A stretch of DNA of 64,000 nucleotides from Candidatus Latescibacterota bacterium (GTDB taxonomy: Bacteria; Latescibacterota; UBA2968). The first letter of the stretch is position 1, and each line of letters begins with the position of its first letter. Both the position numbers and the translations under genes were made by a program. Positions 10,134 to 19,500 of the stretch are shown here, in pieces. The notes below the pieces were generated by a model that made no database searches, was not told where the DNA came from, and saw only the letters and a program-made list of their open reading frames with translations. The stretch spans positions 1,504,001 through 1,568,000 of the forward strand of contig OZ242010.1 in assembly GCA_965204745.1 (NCBI GenBank), given 5' to 3'.

Positions 10134-11420
10134 ATGATCGACATCATCCAAAACACACGCGACAGCGCGAAACTCGACGCCATTCTCGCGCGTACCCCTG
10201 CTTTTTCGCCCGAGCGAGAAGCCACTGTGCGGGAAATCGTCACCGCGGTCAAAGAACGCGGCGACTGCGCCCTGCTCGCGTACACCAAGAAATTTGACGA
10301 CATCGCCATGGCGGTTGCGGACATGCGCGTGTCCGCAACCGAAATCAAAACCGCGTACGACAACGCCGATCCCAAACTCCTCGAAATCATCGCCGCCGCT
10401 GCTACAAACATCCGCAACTTTCACAACGCACAGCGCCAAAACTCGTGGTTCATCGAAGACGGAGACGGGGTCGTGCTCGGCAAGCGCGTCCTCCCGCTCG
10501 ACCGCGTCGCCCTGCTCATTCCCGGCGCGAGTGCCCCCCTGTTCTCAACCCTGCTCATGGCCGCCATCCCCGCGCAAATCGCCGGCGTTCCGCAACTCTG
10601 CATCGCAACGCCACCCCAGGCAAATGGCGCGGTTCACCCCACTGTACTCGCAACAGCCCACGCCTTGGGGATCCGCGAAATCTACAAAGTCTTTGGCGCG
10701 CAAGCAGTCGCGGCACTCGCCTACGGCACCCAAACCATCCCTCGAGTTGACAAACTCGTCGGCCCGGGCAACCCCTATCTTCAAATCGCCAAAAAACTCG
10801 TCTTCGGCGCTGTTGACATCGACATGGTCGCCGGCCCCAGCGAAATCGTCGTCCTCGCCGACGAAACCGCAAATGCCAAGTACGTCGCCGCGGACCTGCT
10901 CTCACAAGCCGAACACGGCAGCGGCTTTGAAGCCGCGGTCTGCATCACGCCTTGCGAGGCCCTCGCGTCTCAAATCGCCGAGGAAGTCACTGCACAAGCC
11001 GCGGACCTCGCGCACCGCGCCGCCATCAAAACCGCGCTCGACCGCTATGGCGCAATCGTCATCGTCAACGACCTCGCCGAGGGCATAGCCCTCGTCAATC
11101 GCATCGCACCCGAACACCTCGAACTCATCGTCGCGGACCCTTGGGCACTCGTGCAATCCATTCGCCACGCCGGCGCCGTCTTTTTAGGCGCGGCATCATC
11201 CGAACCCGTGGGCGACTACTACGCGGGCACCAACCACATCCTCCCCACGGCCGGCACGGCCCGTTTCGCGTCCTCTGTGGGCGTTGACACCTTCACCAAA
11301 ACCATGAGCATCTTGCAATACACCGAACAACGCCTGCAAAAAACCTCAGGCCACATCATCGCCTTGGCCCAAGCCGAGGGCCTCGACGCCCACGCCAACG
11401 CCATTAGGCAGAGGCTTTGA
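10134..11420 (+). CDS. hisD: Histidinol dehydrogenase
   Basis: IDMVAGPSE, DLLSQAEH, APEHLE and GDYYAGTNHILPT. Confidence 0.97.
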   Translation: MIDIIQNTRDSAKLDAILARTPAFSPEREATVREIVTAVKERGDCALLAYTKKFDDIAMAVADMRVSATEIKTAYDNADPKLLEIIAAAATNIRNFHNAQRQNSWFIEDGDGVVLGKRVLPLDRVALLIPGASAPLFSTLLMAAIPAQIAGVPQLCIATPPQANGAVHPTVLATAHALGIREIYKVFGAQAVAALAYGTQTIPRVDKLVGPGNPYLQIAKKLVFGAVDIDMVAGPSEIVVLADETANAKYVAADLLSQAEHGSGFEAAVCITPCEALASQIAEEVTAQAADLAHRAAIKTALDRYGAIVIVNDLAEGIALVNRIAPEHLELIVADPWALVQSIRHAGAVFLGAASSEPVGDYYAGTNHILPTAGTARFASSVGVDTFTKTMSILQYTEQRLQKTSGHIIALAQAEGLDAHANAIRQRL

Positions 11421-11435
11421 GGCGATGGGCAAAAC

Positions 11436-11660
11436 GTCTGAATCGCGGATTAAACGGATTACTCAGATTACGCGGATTACCCCTCACATCCCTACCACCG
11501 CTTTATCGTTCCCATCCGCTATGTCCTTTGTACACCCCGCCGCCATCCGTCTTAGGGATGGGAACGCACAGGTGGCGAGGTGGCGAGGTGAGGAACGCAC
11601 ACGGCGGGGCGGGGGATTGGAGGGGATCGCACTTGGGCGGCTGAAGGGCGGGGTGGAAAC
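11436..11660 (+). repeat. Family C arm (GTCTGAATCGCGGATTAAACGGATTAC) followed by C-rich then G-rich low-complexity tract
   Basis: Same arm at 45914 and 48605; its inverse at ~45809-45851, 48783-48827, 49588-49632 and 49853-49897. Confidence 0.8.
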
Positions 11661-11662
11661 TA

Positions 11663-12090
11663 GGTTGTGTTGACATTTCATTTTTTGACGTTACGCACAG
11701 AGTAGCAACTGTATTGCTTCTTGCTCATTTAAGGCGTTTCCTTTGATGGCTTCTCGCTCTGGTTGCTCTGATGGCGTTGCGCGAGGGGACCTATCCCCCG
11801 GCCCCTTTCCTACGAGGAAAGGGGAGTAAAGTTCCTTTGATGGCTTATATCAAGGGTTGCTCTGATGGCGTTGTGCGAAGGCATAAAGCGATTAAAAATC
11901 TCTCATCAATACCCTCGCAAAACCGCTCACAGTTCCCCCCTTCCTCACAGGAAGGGGGGTTAGGGGGGTAGGTCCCGATAAGGAGCGACTGTTTCAGTTT
12001 CTCAAACCGAGAGCATATTCTGCGATAGGGCTTGATTTTCTCGATAAACCGCTCAAGCCAGTTGCTTTGCTCGTAAATGTCAACAGAACC
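11663..12090. mobile_element. Non-autonomous IS5-family derivative (MITE, 428 bp) flanked by TA
   Basis: Ends GGTTGTGTTGACATTT and AAATGTCAACAGAACC match the TIRs of the full IS at 54465-55282. The minus strand retains a transposase remnant, YEQSNWLERFIEKIKPYRRICSRFEKL. Confidence 0.88.
11786..11976. repeat. Family D double-hairpin element (GGGACCTATCCCCC...GGGGGTAGGTCCC) nested in the IS5 MITE
   Basis: Terminal inverted repeats plus CCCCTTTCC/GGAAAGGGG stems; an inverted homologue lies at 54035-54394 and a half copy at 28108-28145. Confidence 0.8.
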
Positions 12091-12108
12091 TAACAACTGA
12101 CAACTGAC

Positions 12109-13176
12109 ATGACCTATCTCCACAACATCAAACCCGAAGTTCGCGCCTTGCGTGGCTATCACCTGACCGCGTTTGATTGCCCCATCAAGCTCAATCAAAA
12201 CGAAAGCCCGTTTGACGTGCCCGACAGGGTGAAAGACGAAATCCTGCGCGCGGTTCGCAACAAATCCTGGTCTCGCTATCCCGAACCCATGCAAATGGAC
12301 CTCGTCCAAGCACTGGCCGATCACGTCGGCGTTGACGCTCGTGGGCTCATCGTTTGCAACGGGTCAAACACCTTGGTGCAACTCGTGGCAGGCGTCGTGT
12401 CTGCGCCCGGCGTCCGCGTGGTCATCCCCTCGCCCTCGTTTTCCCTGTACGGCCTCTACGCTGGGATATTTGGCGGTCGCGTCCTCGAAGTCCCCCTCAC
12501 CCCGAACTACGGCTTTGACCTGCCCGCCCTGTGCCGCGCTGCAAATGAAAAAAACGCACGCCTGATCATCCTGTGCTCGCCCAACAACCCCACGGGCTGC
12601 GCCATCTCAAACCGCGACCTCGACAGGCTCTTGTCCAGCACAGACGCCTTGGTCATGGTCGATGAGGCGTATGGCGAATTTTACGACCAAACCGCCGCGG
12701 ACCTCCTGCCCAACCACGCCAACCTCATCGTGCTCAAAACCCTGTCCAAAGCCTACGGCGCAGCGGGCATTCGCATCGGCTACCTCATCGCCCATCCGGA
12801 CTTGCGAGACGAAATCATCAAAGGCAAAATCCCCTTTGACATCAACGTCTTCTCGCACACAGCGGCCATGGCCATCCTCAACCACAAAGCTCTCATCGCC
12901 AAACGCATTGCATTTATCTGCGCCGAACGCGAGCGCGTCTTCCAAGCCCTCGCGCAACGAGACGGGGTTACGCCCTATCCCTCGCACGCCAACCTCATTC
13001 TCTTTGAAGTCGCCCACCCAGACGCGGTATTCGCCGGCTTAATCGAGCGCGGCGTGCTCATCCGCAACGTCACATCCTACCCCATGCTCGGCAAGGCCCT
13101 GCGCGTGTCTATCGGCACAGCAGAAGAAAACAACCGCTTTTTGGACGCGCTCGGCCGCACACTCAAAAAGGTCTAA
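12109..13176 (+). CDS. hisC: Histidinol-phosphate aminotransferase
   Basis: KLNQNESP, CSPNNPTG, VDEAYGEF and KTLSKAYGAAGIRIGY. Confidence 0.95.
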   Translation: MTYLHNIKPEVRALRGYHLTAFDCPIKLNQNESPFDVPDRVKDEILRAVRNKSWSRYPEPMQMDLVQALADHVGVDARGLIVCNGSNTLVQLVAGVVSAPGVRVVIPSPSFSLYGLYAGIFGGRVLEVPLTPNYGFDLPALCRAANEKNARLIILCSPNNPTGCAISNRDLDRLLSSTDALVMVDEAYGEFYDQTAADLLPNHANLIVLKTLSKAYGAAGIRIGYLIAHPDLRDEIIKGKIPFDINVFSHTAAMAILNHKALIAKRIAFICAERERVFQALAQRDGVTPYPSHANLILFEVAHPDAVFAGLIERGVLIRNVTSYPMLGKALRVSIGTAEENNRFLDALGRTLKKV

Positions 13177-13177
13177 C

Positions 13178-14575
13178 ATGCCCAAACCAACAGACGTAAA
13201 GATCAAATCCGCCACCGTCTATTTCCTCCCGGTACAAACGCGCATGCCCTACCGGTTTGGCAGCGAACAACTCGACAGCGTCACCTGCGTCAGGGTGCGC
13301 GTGGATGTGGAAGACCGGCGCGGGAACGCGGCATCGGGCTGGGGCGAAACCCCTCTCAGCGCGCCCTGGGCCTGGCCTGCCGCACACCTCACCTACGCCA
13401 TTCGGGAAAGGGCCATGAAGGACTTCTGCCTCAAAATCGCCCGCGCTTGGGCAGACATCGACCACATCGGCCATCCCATCGAAATCGGCCACGCTTTCCA
13501 AGCGGCGGTTCTCCCAAACCTCTTGCGCGACTTCAACGCCGAACAGCGCGCAGGAGACATGCCCCGCTTGGCCGCACTCGTCTGCGCCTCGGCCTTTGAC
13601 CTCGCGCTCCACGACGCCTACGGCATGTGCCACGACATCGACATCTACGACGCGTATAACGCGGCCTTCATGAACGCCGATCTTTCGCACTATCTCGAAC
13701 CCGCGGACGACATAACTGCCGAGTTTCGCGGTCGCTATCCCACAGACTACCTCGTCCACCCGCGTCCAACCCGCTTGCCCGCCTGGCACGCGGTAGGTGG
13801 CAATGACCTGCTCGACGATTCCGAACGCACCGGCGACGAACCCGACGACGGCTATCCCGTCGTCCTACCCGACTGGATTCGCCGAGACGGGATCACCTGC
13901 CTCAAACTCAAACTCACCGGGCAAGAACCCGGCTGGGATTACGACCGCATCGTTCGCGTTGGGCAAATCGCTATCGCGCACAATGCCCTGTGGCTGTGTA
14001 CGGATTTCAACTGCACGGTGCGAGAAGTCGATTACGTCATCGACATCCTCGACCACCTCATGCTCGAACACCCGCGCATCTTTCAGATGATCCTCTACGT
14101 CGAGCAACCCTTTGATTACGAACTGGCCGACAATCCCCTGCCGGTCCACAGCATCTCGGCGCGCAAACCCCTGTTCATGGACGAAAGCGCGCACGATTGG
14201 CGCGTTGTGCGACTCGGCAGGCAACTCGGTTGGACTGGCGTCGCGCTCAAAACCTGCAAAACCCAAACCGGCGCCCTGCTCTCGCTCTGTTGGGCGCGCG
14301 CACACGGCATGACCCTCATGGTGCAAGACCTCACCAATCCCATGCTCGCCCAAATCCCCCACGCCCTCCTCACCGCGCACGCAGGCACGGTGATGGGCTT
14401 TGAAACCAATGCCATGCAATTTTACCCGGATGCCTCTCTGCCCGAAGCCGCGGTACACCCCGGCCTGTATCGCAGGCGCGACGGTCAGATCGACCTCGCC
14501 ACAGTGGAAGGCCCCGGTTTTGGCTACAAACGCGACCTGATCGACCGCACGCTCCCCGAACCCGCCGGCACTTAG
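13178..14575 (+). CDS. Enolase superfamily protein (mandelate racemase/MLE-like)
   Basis: GWGETPLS, AFDLALHDAYG, KLK motif, and metal ligands in DFN, EQP and DES. Confidence 0.8.
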   Translation: MPKPTDVKIKSATVYFLPVQTRMPYRFGSEQLDSVTCVRVRVDVEDRRGNAASGWGETPLSAPWAWPAAHLTYAIRERAMKDFCLKIARAWADIDHIGHPIEIGHAFQAAVLPNLLRDFNAEQRAGDMPRLAALVCASAFDLALHDAYGMCHDIDIYDAYNAAFMNADLSHYLEPADDITAEFRGRYPTDYLVHPRPTRLPAWHAVGGNDLLDDSERTGDEPDDGYPVVLPDWIRRDGITCLKLKLTGQEPGWDYDRIVRVGQIAIAHNALWLCTDFNCTVREVDYVIDILDHLMLEHPRIFQMILYVEQPFDYELADNPLPVHSISARKPLFMDESAHDWRVVRLGRQLGWTGVALKTCKTQTGALLSLCWARAHGMTLMVQDLTNPMLAQIPHALLTAHAGTVMGFETNAMQFYPDASLPEAAVHPGLYRRRDGQIDLATVEGPGFGYKRDLIDRTLPEPAGT

Positions 14576-14590
14576 ACAAAGGGCTTTGCC

Positions 14591-15181
14591 ATGTCGCCAC
14601 GCACCGCACACATCCAGCGCGAAACCTCGGAAACCGACATCGACCTGTCGCTCACCCTCGACGGGCAAGGCGATTCCAACATCCAAACGGGCATCGGCTT
14701 TTTCGATCACATGCTCACCGCCCTGGCCCGCCACGCCTTGCTCGACCTCGACATCACCTGCAAAGGCGACCTCGAAATCGACGCCCATCACACGGTCGAA
14801 GACGTGGGCATCTGCTTGGGCCGCGCCTTGGCAGCCGCCTTGGGGCCCAAAACAGGCATCGCCCGATTCGGTTCGGCGTATGTGCCGATGGACGAGGCCC
14901 TCGCCCGCGCTGTGGTCGATCTCTCGGGCCGCGCTTGCATCATCTATCGCGCCGCCTTTGCCGAAGAGCGCATCGGCGCGTTCCCCACGGCGCTCGGCCT
15001 GGAATTTTTCACCGCCTTCGCCCACAATGCCCATTTGACTCTGCACATCGACCTCTTGCGCTACACCAACGCCCATCACGGCATGGAAGCCATCTTCAAA
15101 GCCGTCGCCCGCGCCCTGCGACAAGCCATCGCCCTCGACCATCGCATCAGCGGCATCCCCTCGACCAAGGGAAGCCTTTAG
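14591..15181 (+). CDS. hisB: Imidazoleglycerol-phosphate dehydratase
   Basis: TGIGFFDHML, DAHHTVED, NAHHGMEAIFKA and PSTKGSL. Confidence 0.97.
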   Translation: MSPRTAHIQRETSETDIDLSLTLDGQGDSNIQTGIGFFDHMLTALARHALLDLDITCKGDLEIDAHHTVEDVGICLGRALAAALGPKTGIARFGSAYVPMDEALARAVVDLSGRACIIYRAAFAEERIGAFPTALGLEFFTAFAHNAHLTLHIDLLRYTNAHHGMEAIFKAVARALRQAIALDHRISGIPSTKGSL

Positions 15182-15336
15182 CGCGTATAACATGAACATC
15201 CTACACCTTGCCTCTTGCTTCTTACCTCTTACCTCTTACCTCTTACCTCTTACCTCTTACCTCTTGCCTCTTACCTCTTGCCTCTTGCCTCTTACCTCTT
15301 GCCTACTTTAGCGCGTATAACATGAACATCCTACAC
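15176..15336 (+). repeat. About 14 heptamer units (CCTCTTR) bracketed by a perfect 31-bp direct repeat
   Basis: CTTTAGCGCGTATAACATGAACATCCTACAC at 15176-15206 and 15306-15336. Confidence 0.95.
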
Positions 15337-16431
15337 ACCATATACGACGATCCCAACAACCCATGGTGCGGGGGCGGGGGTGCGATTCGCACCTGGGAAA
15401 TATCCCGTCGCCTCGCGCACAAACACCAAATCACCATTTTGACCGGCGCGTATCCCAACGCGCCCAAAGAAGAAATCAGAGATGGCGTACACATCCGCCG
15501 CTTGGGTTCGGGCCGCTCGTATCTCTTGAGTCGCATGAGCTTCGCTTGCCTGGCGTCCCGAGAAATCGCCCGCATCCGCACGGACCTCTGGGTGCATCAA
15601 TTCTCGGCCTTTGCCCCGCTCTGCGTATCCGCCGAGCAAAGGCGCGATGGCCTCCTCGAATTTTCCCATTTCATGGGCGACCACGCCATAGAAAAATATC
15701 CCTTGCTCGGCCACATCGCCCGCAAAGCCGAACGCCGCGCCCTTCGCCTTCACCCTCACATTCTGACCGTCTCGCCCACGGCAAGGCATCAACTTGAAGA
15801 ACGCCTGCCTAACAATAAGAACGACACGCAATTTTACCTCGTGTACAACGGCGTGGATCAACTCTGCTTTGACGCGCCCTGGGGAGAACGCGATTACATC
15901 CTGTATTTTGGTCGCTTGGACATTCACAACAAAGGCATCGACATACTCCTGTCCGCCTTTGCCAAAACCCGTGCTGATATTCGCCTCGTCCTCGCGGGCA
16001 AGGGAACGCCCCAACGCCAGCGCGAATTGCGAGCGATGGCCGATGCGCTCGACATCGCAAACCGCCTCGAATTGACCGGGCCTGTCACCCCCGAACAAAA
16101 AAACGACCTCATCGGCAATGCCCTTTTTGTGTGCATCCCCTCGCGCTACGAAGGCTGGGGCATCGTCGCCATTGAAGCAGGCGCCGCGGCCAAAGCCGTC
16201 ATCGGCACAAACATCCCCGGGCTGGCAGACGCAATTCGCCCGGATGAAACCGGCCTCCTCGTTCCTCCGGAAAATCCCGACGCCCTCGCCCGAGCCATTG
16301 AACGCCTGCTCAACGATGCCCCTCTGCGCCAACGCCTGGGCCGCGCCGGGCGCGCCTGGGCCGAGCGATTCACCTGGGATCGCACCGCCGAAAACCAAGA
16401 GCGCATCTACCTAAAAGTCGCCAATGCCTAA
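15322..16431 (+). CDS. Glycosyltransferase family 4
   Basis: GGGG N-terminal motif, YFGRL, PSRYEGWGIVAIEA and ETGLLVPP. Confidence 0.92.
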   Translation: MNILHTIYDDPNNPWCGGGGAIRTWEISRRLAHKHQITILTGAYPNAPKEEIRDGVHIRRLGSGRSYLLSRMSFACLASREIARIRTDLWVHQFSAFAPLCVSAEQRRDGLLEFSHFMGDHAIEKYPLLGHIARKAERRALRLHPHILTVSPTARHQLEERLPNNKNDTQFYLVYNGVDQLCFDAPWGERDYILYFGRLDIHNKGIDILLSAFAKTRADIRLVLAGKGTPQRQRELRAMADALDIANRLELTGPVTPEQKNDLIGNALFVCIPSRYEGWGIVAIEAGAAAKAVIGTNIPGLADAIRPDETGLLVPPENPDALARAIERLLNDAPLRQRLGRAGRAWAERFTWDRTAENQERIYLKVANA

Positions 16432-17938
16432 CATGAACAAAACAATCGATCAACCACGCCATCTCTTCCTCTTCTTGATCTGCATCTACACCCTCACCGC
16501 AGGCGGGCATTATGGCGGCGATGGGTTTTGGCATTACCTCACCGCGCAAAGCCTCGTGCGCGATGGGGACCTCATCGTCGCCGATGAGACCTTCGCCATG
16601 CCCGAAATGCAACACACCTACGAGGCGGTCACAGCTTCGGGACACCGATACTCCAAATACGGCCTTGGCATGTCCCTCGCAGAAGTGCCCTTGTACGCCG
16701 TCGGCCTCCTCCTCGTCGATCGCTTTCCCCATATCCCCGCGGACTATCTCACCATGTTCACCACCTCCATGACCAACGTGCTCATCTCCGCACTGTGGGT
16801 CATCGTCTTCTTCCATGCCCTTCGATCTTACGATTGCGCGCCCTCGACAATCCGATGGCTCACAGGTGCGTTTGCCTTCGGCACAATGGTCTTTCCCTAC
16901 GCGGGATATGGCTTTTCAGAACCCCTCGTCGGCCTGGGCTTGCTCATCGCAATCCACGGCCTCACCAAGCGCGATCCCTCGCCTCTCCTCGCGGGTATGG
17001 GGTTTGGGATCGCGATCCTCACCAAATCGTACATGGTCGTCCTGTTGCCGGTTCTGCTCCTCTATCTGCGCCGCAACAAATGGGACATCTATCGCGTCGG
17101 CGTCTTTTTAGCACCTATCGCCGCAACCTGTCTCCTGATCGCGTACCACAACCACCTGCGCTATGGCAGCATTTTTTTAGCCGGGTATCACCTCGGAGAC
17201 CTCGCCCTAAAAGGGGGCTATTTCACCTTTTTGGTCACGCAATTCGCCACCGCCTTTTACGGCTTGCTCTTCAGTACAGGGCGCGGTCTCATCTTCTTTT
17301 TTTCCCTGATCTGCCTCTTTCCCATCGCCTATTTGAAATTCCGATCATCGCATCCCAATGAAGCCCGCCTTTTCCTCGGCCTCATCCTGATGCTATTTGT
17401 CTTTCTGTTGCCCCTGATCTACTGGGACGCCGGCTCGTCTTGGGGGCCGCGTTATCTGTTGCCCATCATGCCCTTTTGCCTGCTCCCCCTCGGCGCACTC
17501 GCCGATCTCAAATGGATCCGCCGCCTCGCCATTCTCGGCTTCCTCGTTCAACTTCCCGCCGTGCTGATGAACCCCCATCTTTTTGTCCGCTTTGTTCAAG
17601 ACAACGAGATCGGCACCACGATCTTTGCACCCCATCAGATGGGCGACCTGCTGTTCTCCCCATACCTATCGCCCATCCTCGGCGGCTACTACCAACTCGC
17701 CTCGGCAGTCTATCGCCTCTTCACCGGGCAGTCGCTCCACTACACCATCCCGTCCTACACAGAGCGTTTTGTCTCTGCATCTTTGGCAAATTACGACCTG
17801 ATCGACATGTGGTGGGTCAACGCCCTCCGCACAAACATGCTCGGCCCAACCATGACCGCGGTGCTCATCTTCTCGGTGATCGGCCTGACGATTCTCGCCA
17901 TATATTCTGCGCGACGAGCAATGCACATAGACAAATAG
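16424..17938 (+). CDS. Multi-TM GT-C-like membrane protein
   Basis: YSKYGLGMS, FSEPL and WGPRYLLP; many hydrophobic segments. Confidence 0.7.
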   Translation: MPNMNKTIDQPRHLFLFLICIYTLTAGGHYGGDGFWHYLTAQSLVRDGDLIVADETFAMPEMQHTYEAVTASGHRYSKYGLGMSLAEVPLYAVGLLLVDRFPHIPADYLTMFTTSMTNVLISALWVIVFFHALRSYDCAPSTIRWLTGAFAFGTMVFPYAGYGFSEPLVGLGLLIAIHGLTKRDPSPLLAGMGFGIAILTKSYMVVLLPVLLLYLRRNKWDIYRVGVFLAPIAATCLLIAYHNHLRYGSIFLAGYHLGDLALKGGYFTFLVTQFATAFYGLLFSTGRGLIFFFSLICLFPIAYLKFRSSHPNEARLFLGLILMLFVFLLPLIYWDAGSSWGPRYLLPIMPFCLLPLGALADLKWIRRLAILGFLVQLPAVLMNPHLFVRFVQDNEIGTTIFAPHQMGDLLFSPYLSPILGGYYQLASAVYRLFTGQSLHYTIPSYTERFVSASLANYDLIDMWWVNALRTNMLGPTMTAVLIFSVIGLTILAIYSARRAMHIDK

Positions 17939-18109
17939 ACGGAGTGGGGTACAACTGGCCGGGGGGCAGTGGTCAGTCCGCCCCGCCCAACCCCCTTCGG
18001 TGAGACGTAAGACGGGAGAGGCAAGAGGCAACCCCGCCCCCAAAACCCGTACAAACAACTGAGTCGTATCCCTGTCCCCCGTTCCGCCGATTCGTAGATT
18101 CGTGCAACA

Positions 18110-18138
18110 CTTGACGCAACACATGGTTTGATGTATAG
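18110..18138 (+). promoter_or_regulatory. Putative sigma70 promoter of the ATPase-HNH pair
   Basis: TTGACG-N17-TATAGA upstream of a GGGAGG RBS. Confidence 0.55.
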
Positions 18139-18198
18139 ATTGCCATCACGGGGCGACGCGCTTTTGATCGCCCAACACAAGACACGGGAGGTAAGCTC

Positions 18199-19500
18199 AT
18201 GAAATTGAAATCTGTGAAAATTGAAAATTACCGCGCCATTGAAAAACTCGAGCTACCGCTCGACCCATCGCTGACGGTCTTTCACGGGGCCAATGGGTGC
18301 GGCAAAACGAGCGTTCTGAGCGCGATTGCGGTGGGGGTGGGGGATATGATGGGAGCTTTGCTCGATGAATCGACCATTGATTTCTGCGAGGAGGATTGGC
18401 GCAAGGGTGCGGGGCCGCCGGGGGTCTGCGTTTCTAGAGCCGATAGACATGGAGAAGTTACATGGGAACGGCGTGAGGATGAGCAGACGGACGAGGAGTC
18501 GAAAGAGCAGAGGCGGGGTCTGTTGAGGGACAAAGACAGACGAAAATATCTGGATGAGGCCCTTCGTACGAATCAAAACGAGATGCCGATAGTCGCCTTT
18601 TACGATACGGATCGCACGGCCTCGGGGATGCCGGAGGTGTCGAACGATCCCAGGGATATTCGCAAATTTTCACGTTTGGCCGCACTGGAGGGAGCATTGG
18701 CCGCTCGCACGGATTTTGAGGCTCTCTTCGCTTGGTTCTATGCCAAAGAGGACGAGGAGTTGCGGGCGCAAAAGGCGAGGCGCGATTTCGATTATCAGCT
18801 AGAGGATTTGTCCGCGGTTCGCCGAGCGATTTCGGCCATGCTTCCGGAAGTATCCGATCCGCGCTTCGAGTTGAATCCGATCCGTTTCGTCGTATCCTTA
18901 GGGCCAAAGCAGGGCCAATCGGCAGAACTCTCGCTCGACCAGTTGAGCGGTGGCTATCGCATCGTGCTGGCACTCGCGGCTGATTTGGCGCGGCGAATGG
19001 CGCAGGGCAATCCGCATTTGGACGATCCCCTCGAATCCGAAGCGGTTGTGCTGATCGACGAAATCGAACTCCACTTGCATCCGGCCTGGCAACAGCGCGT
19101 CTTGGGCGACCTGCGGCGGACCTTCCCGAATACGCAGTTCATCGTCTCGACCCACAGCCCCCAAGTGCTGACCACGGTCAAGCCGCAACACATCGTGGAA
19201 CTGCATCGGGATGGCGACCTCATTGAGGCAGGCGCACCAGCAGGAGCGACTTATGGCGCCGAAGCCGGGGATGTTCTCTCCGTCGTGATGGGCGTAAATG
19301 AACGACCGCCCGAGAACGAATTCACAAAAGCATTGGAACAATACCGCCATCTGATCAGAGAGGGGCAGTGGGCGTCGAAAAAAGCCTTGGCTCTGCGGAA
19401 GAAACTCAAGCGCATGTCTCCAGATGACCCGGCTCTCGATAGGGCCAACCTCGAGATCAAGCGGCGCGAGCTGTTCGATCAGATGGCGAAATCGCAATGA
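18199..19500 (+). CDS. ABC/AAA ATPase, PtuA-like (Septu or retron type I-A effector family)
   Basis: Walker A GANGCGKTS, signature LSGG, Walker B LIDEIELHLHPAWQ and STHSP. Confidence 0.85.
   Translation: MKLKSVKIENYRAIEKLELPLDPSLTVFHGANGCGKTSVLSAIAVGVGDMMGALLDESTIDFCEEDWRKGAGPPGVCVSRADRHGEVTWERREDEQTDEESKEQRRGLLRDKDRRKYLDEALRTNQNEMPIVAFYDTDRTASGMPEVSNDPRDIRKFSRLAALEGALAARTDFEALFAWFYAKEDEELRAQKARRDFDYQLEDLSAVRRAISAMLPEVSDPRFELNPIRFVVSLGPKQGQSAELSLDQLSGGYRIVLALAADLARRMAQGNPHLDDPLESEAVVLIDEIELHLHPAWQQRVLGDLRRTFPNTQFIVSTHSPQVLTTVKPQHIVELHRDGDLIEAGAPAGATYGAEAGDVLSVVMGVNERPPENEFTKALEQYRHLIREGQWASKKALALRKKLKRMSPDDPALDRANLEIKRRELFDQMAKSQ

Noticed and set aside
15208-15321. N-terminal extension of GT4 (MPLASYLLPLTSY...)
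   Set aside because: It is a translation of the heptamer tract; GT4-like sequence begins at ATG 15322.
18040-18198. Retron msr/msd upstream of the PtuAB-like pair
   Set aside because: No long a1/a2 inverted repeats were recognised and there is no RT; the region reads as repeats plus a promoter.
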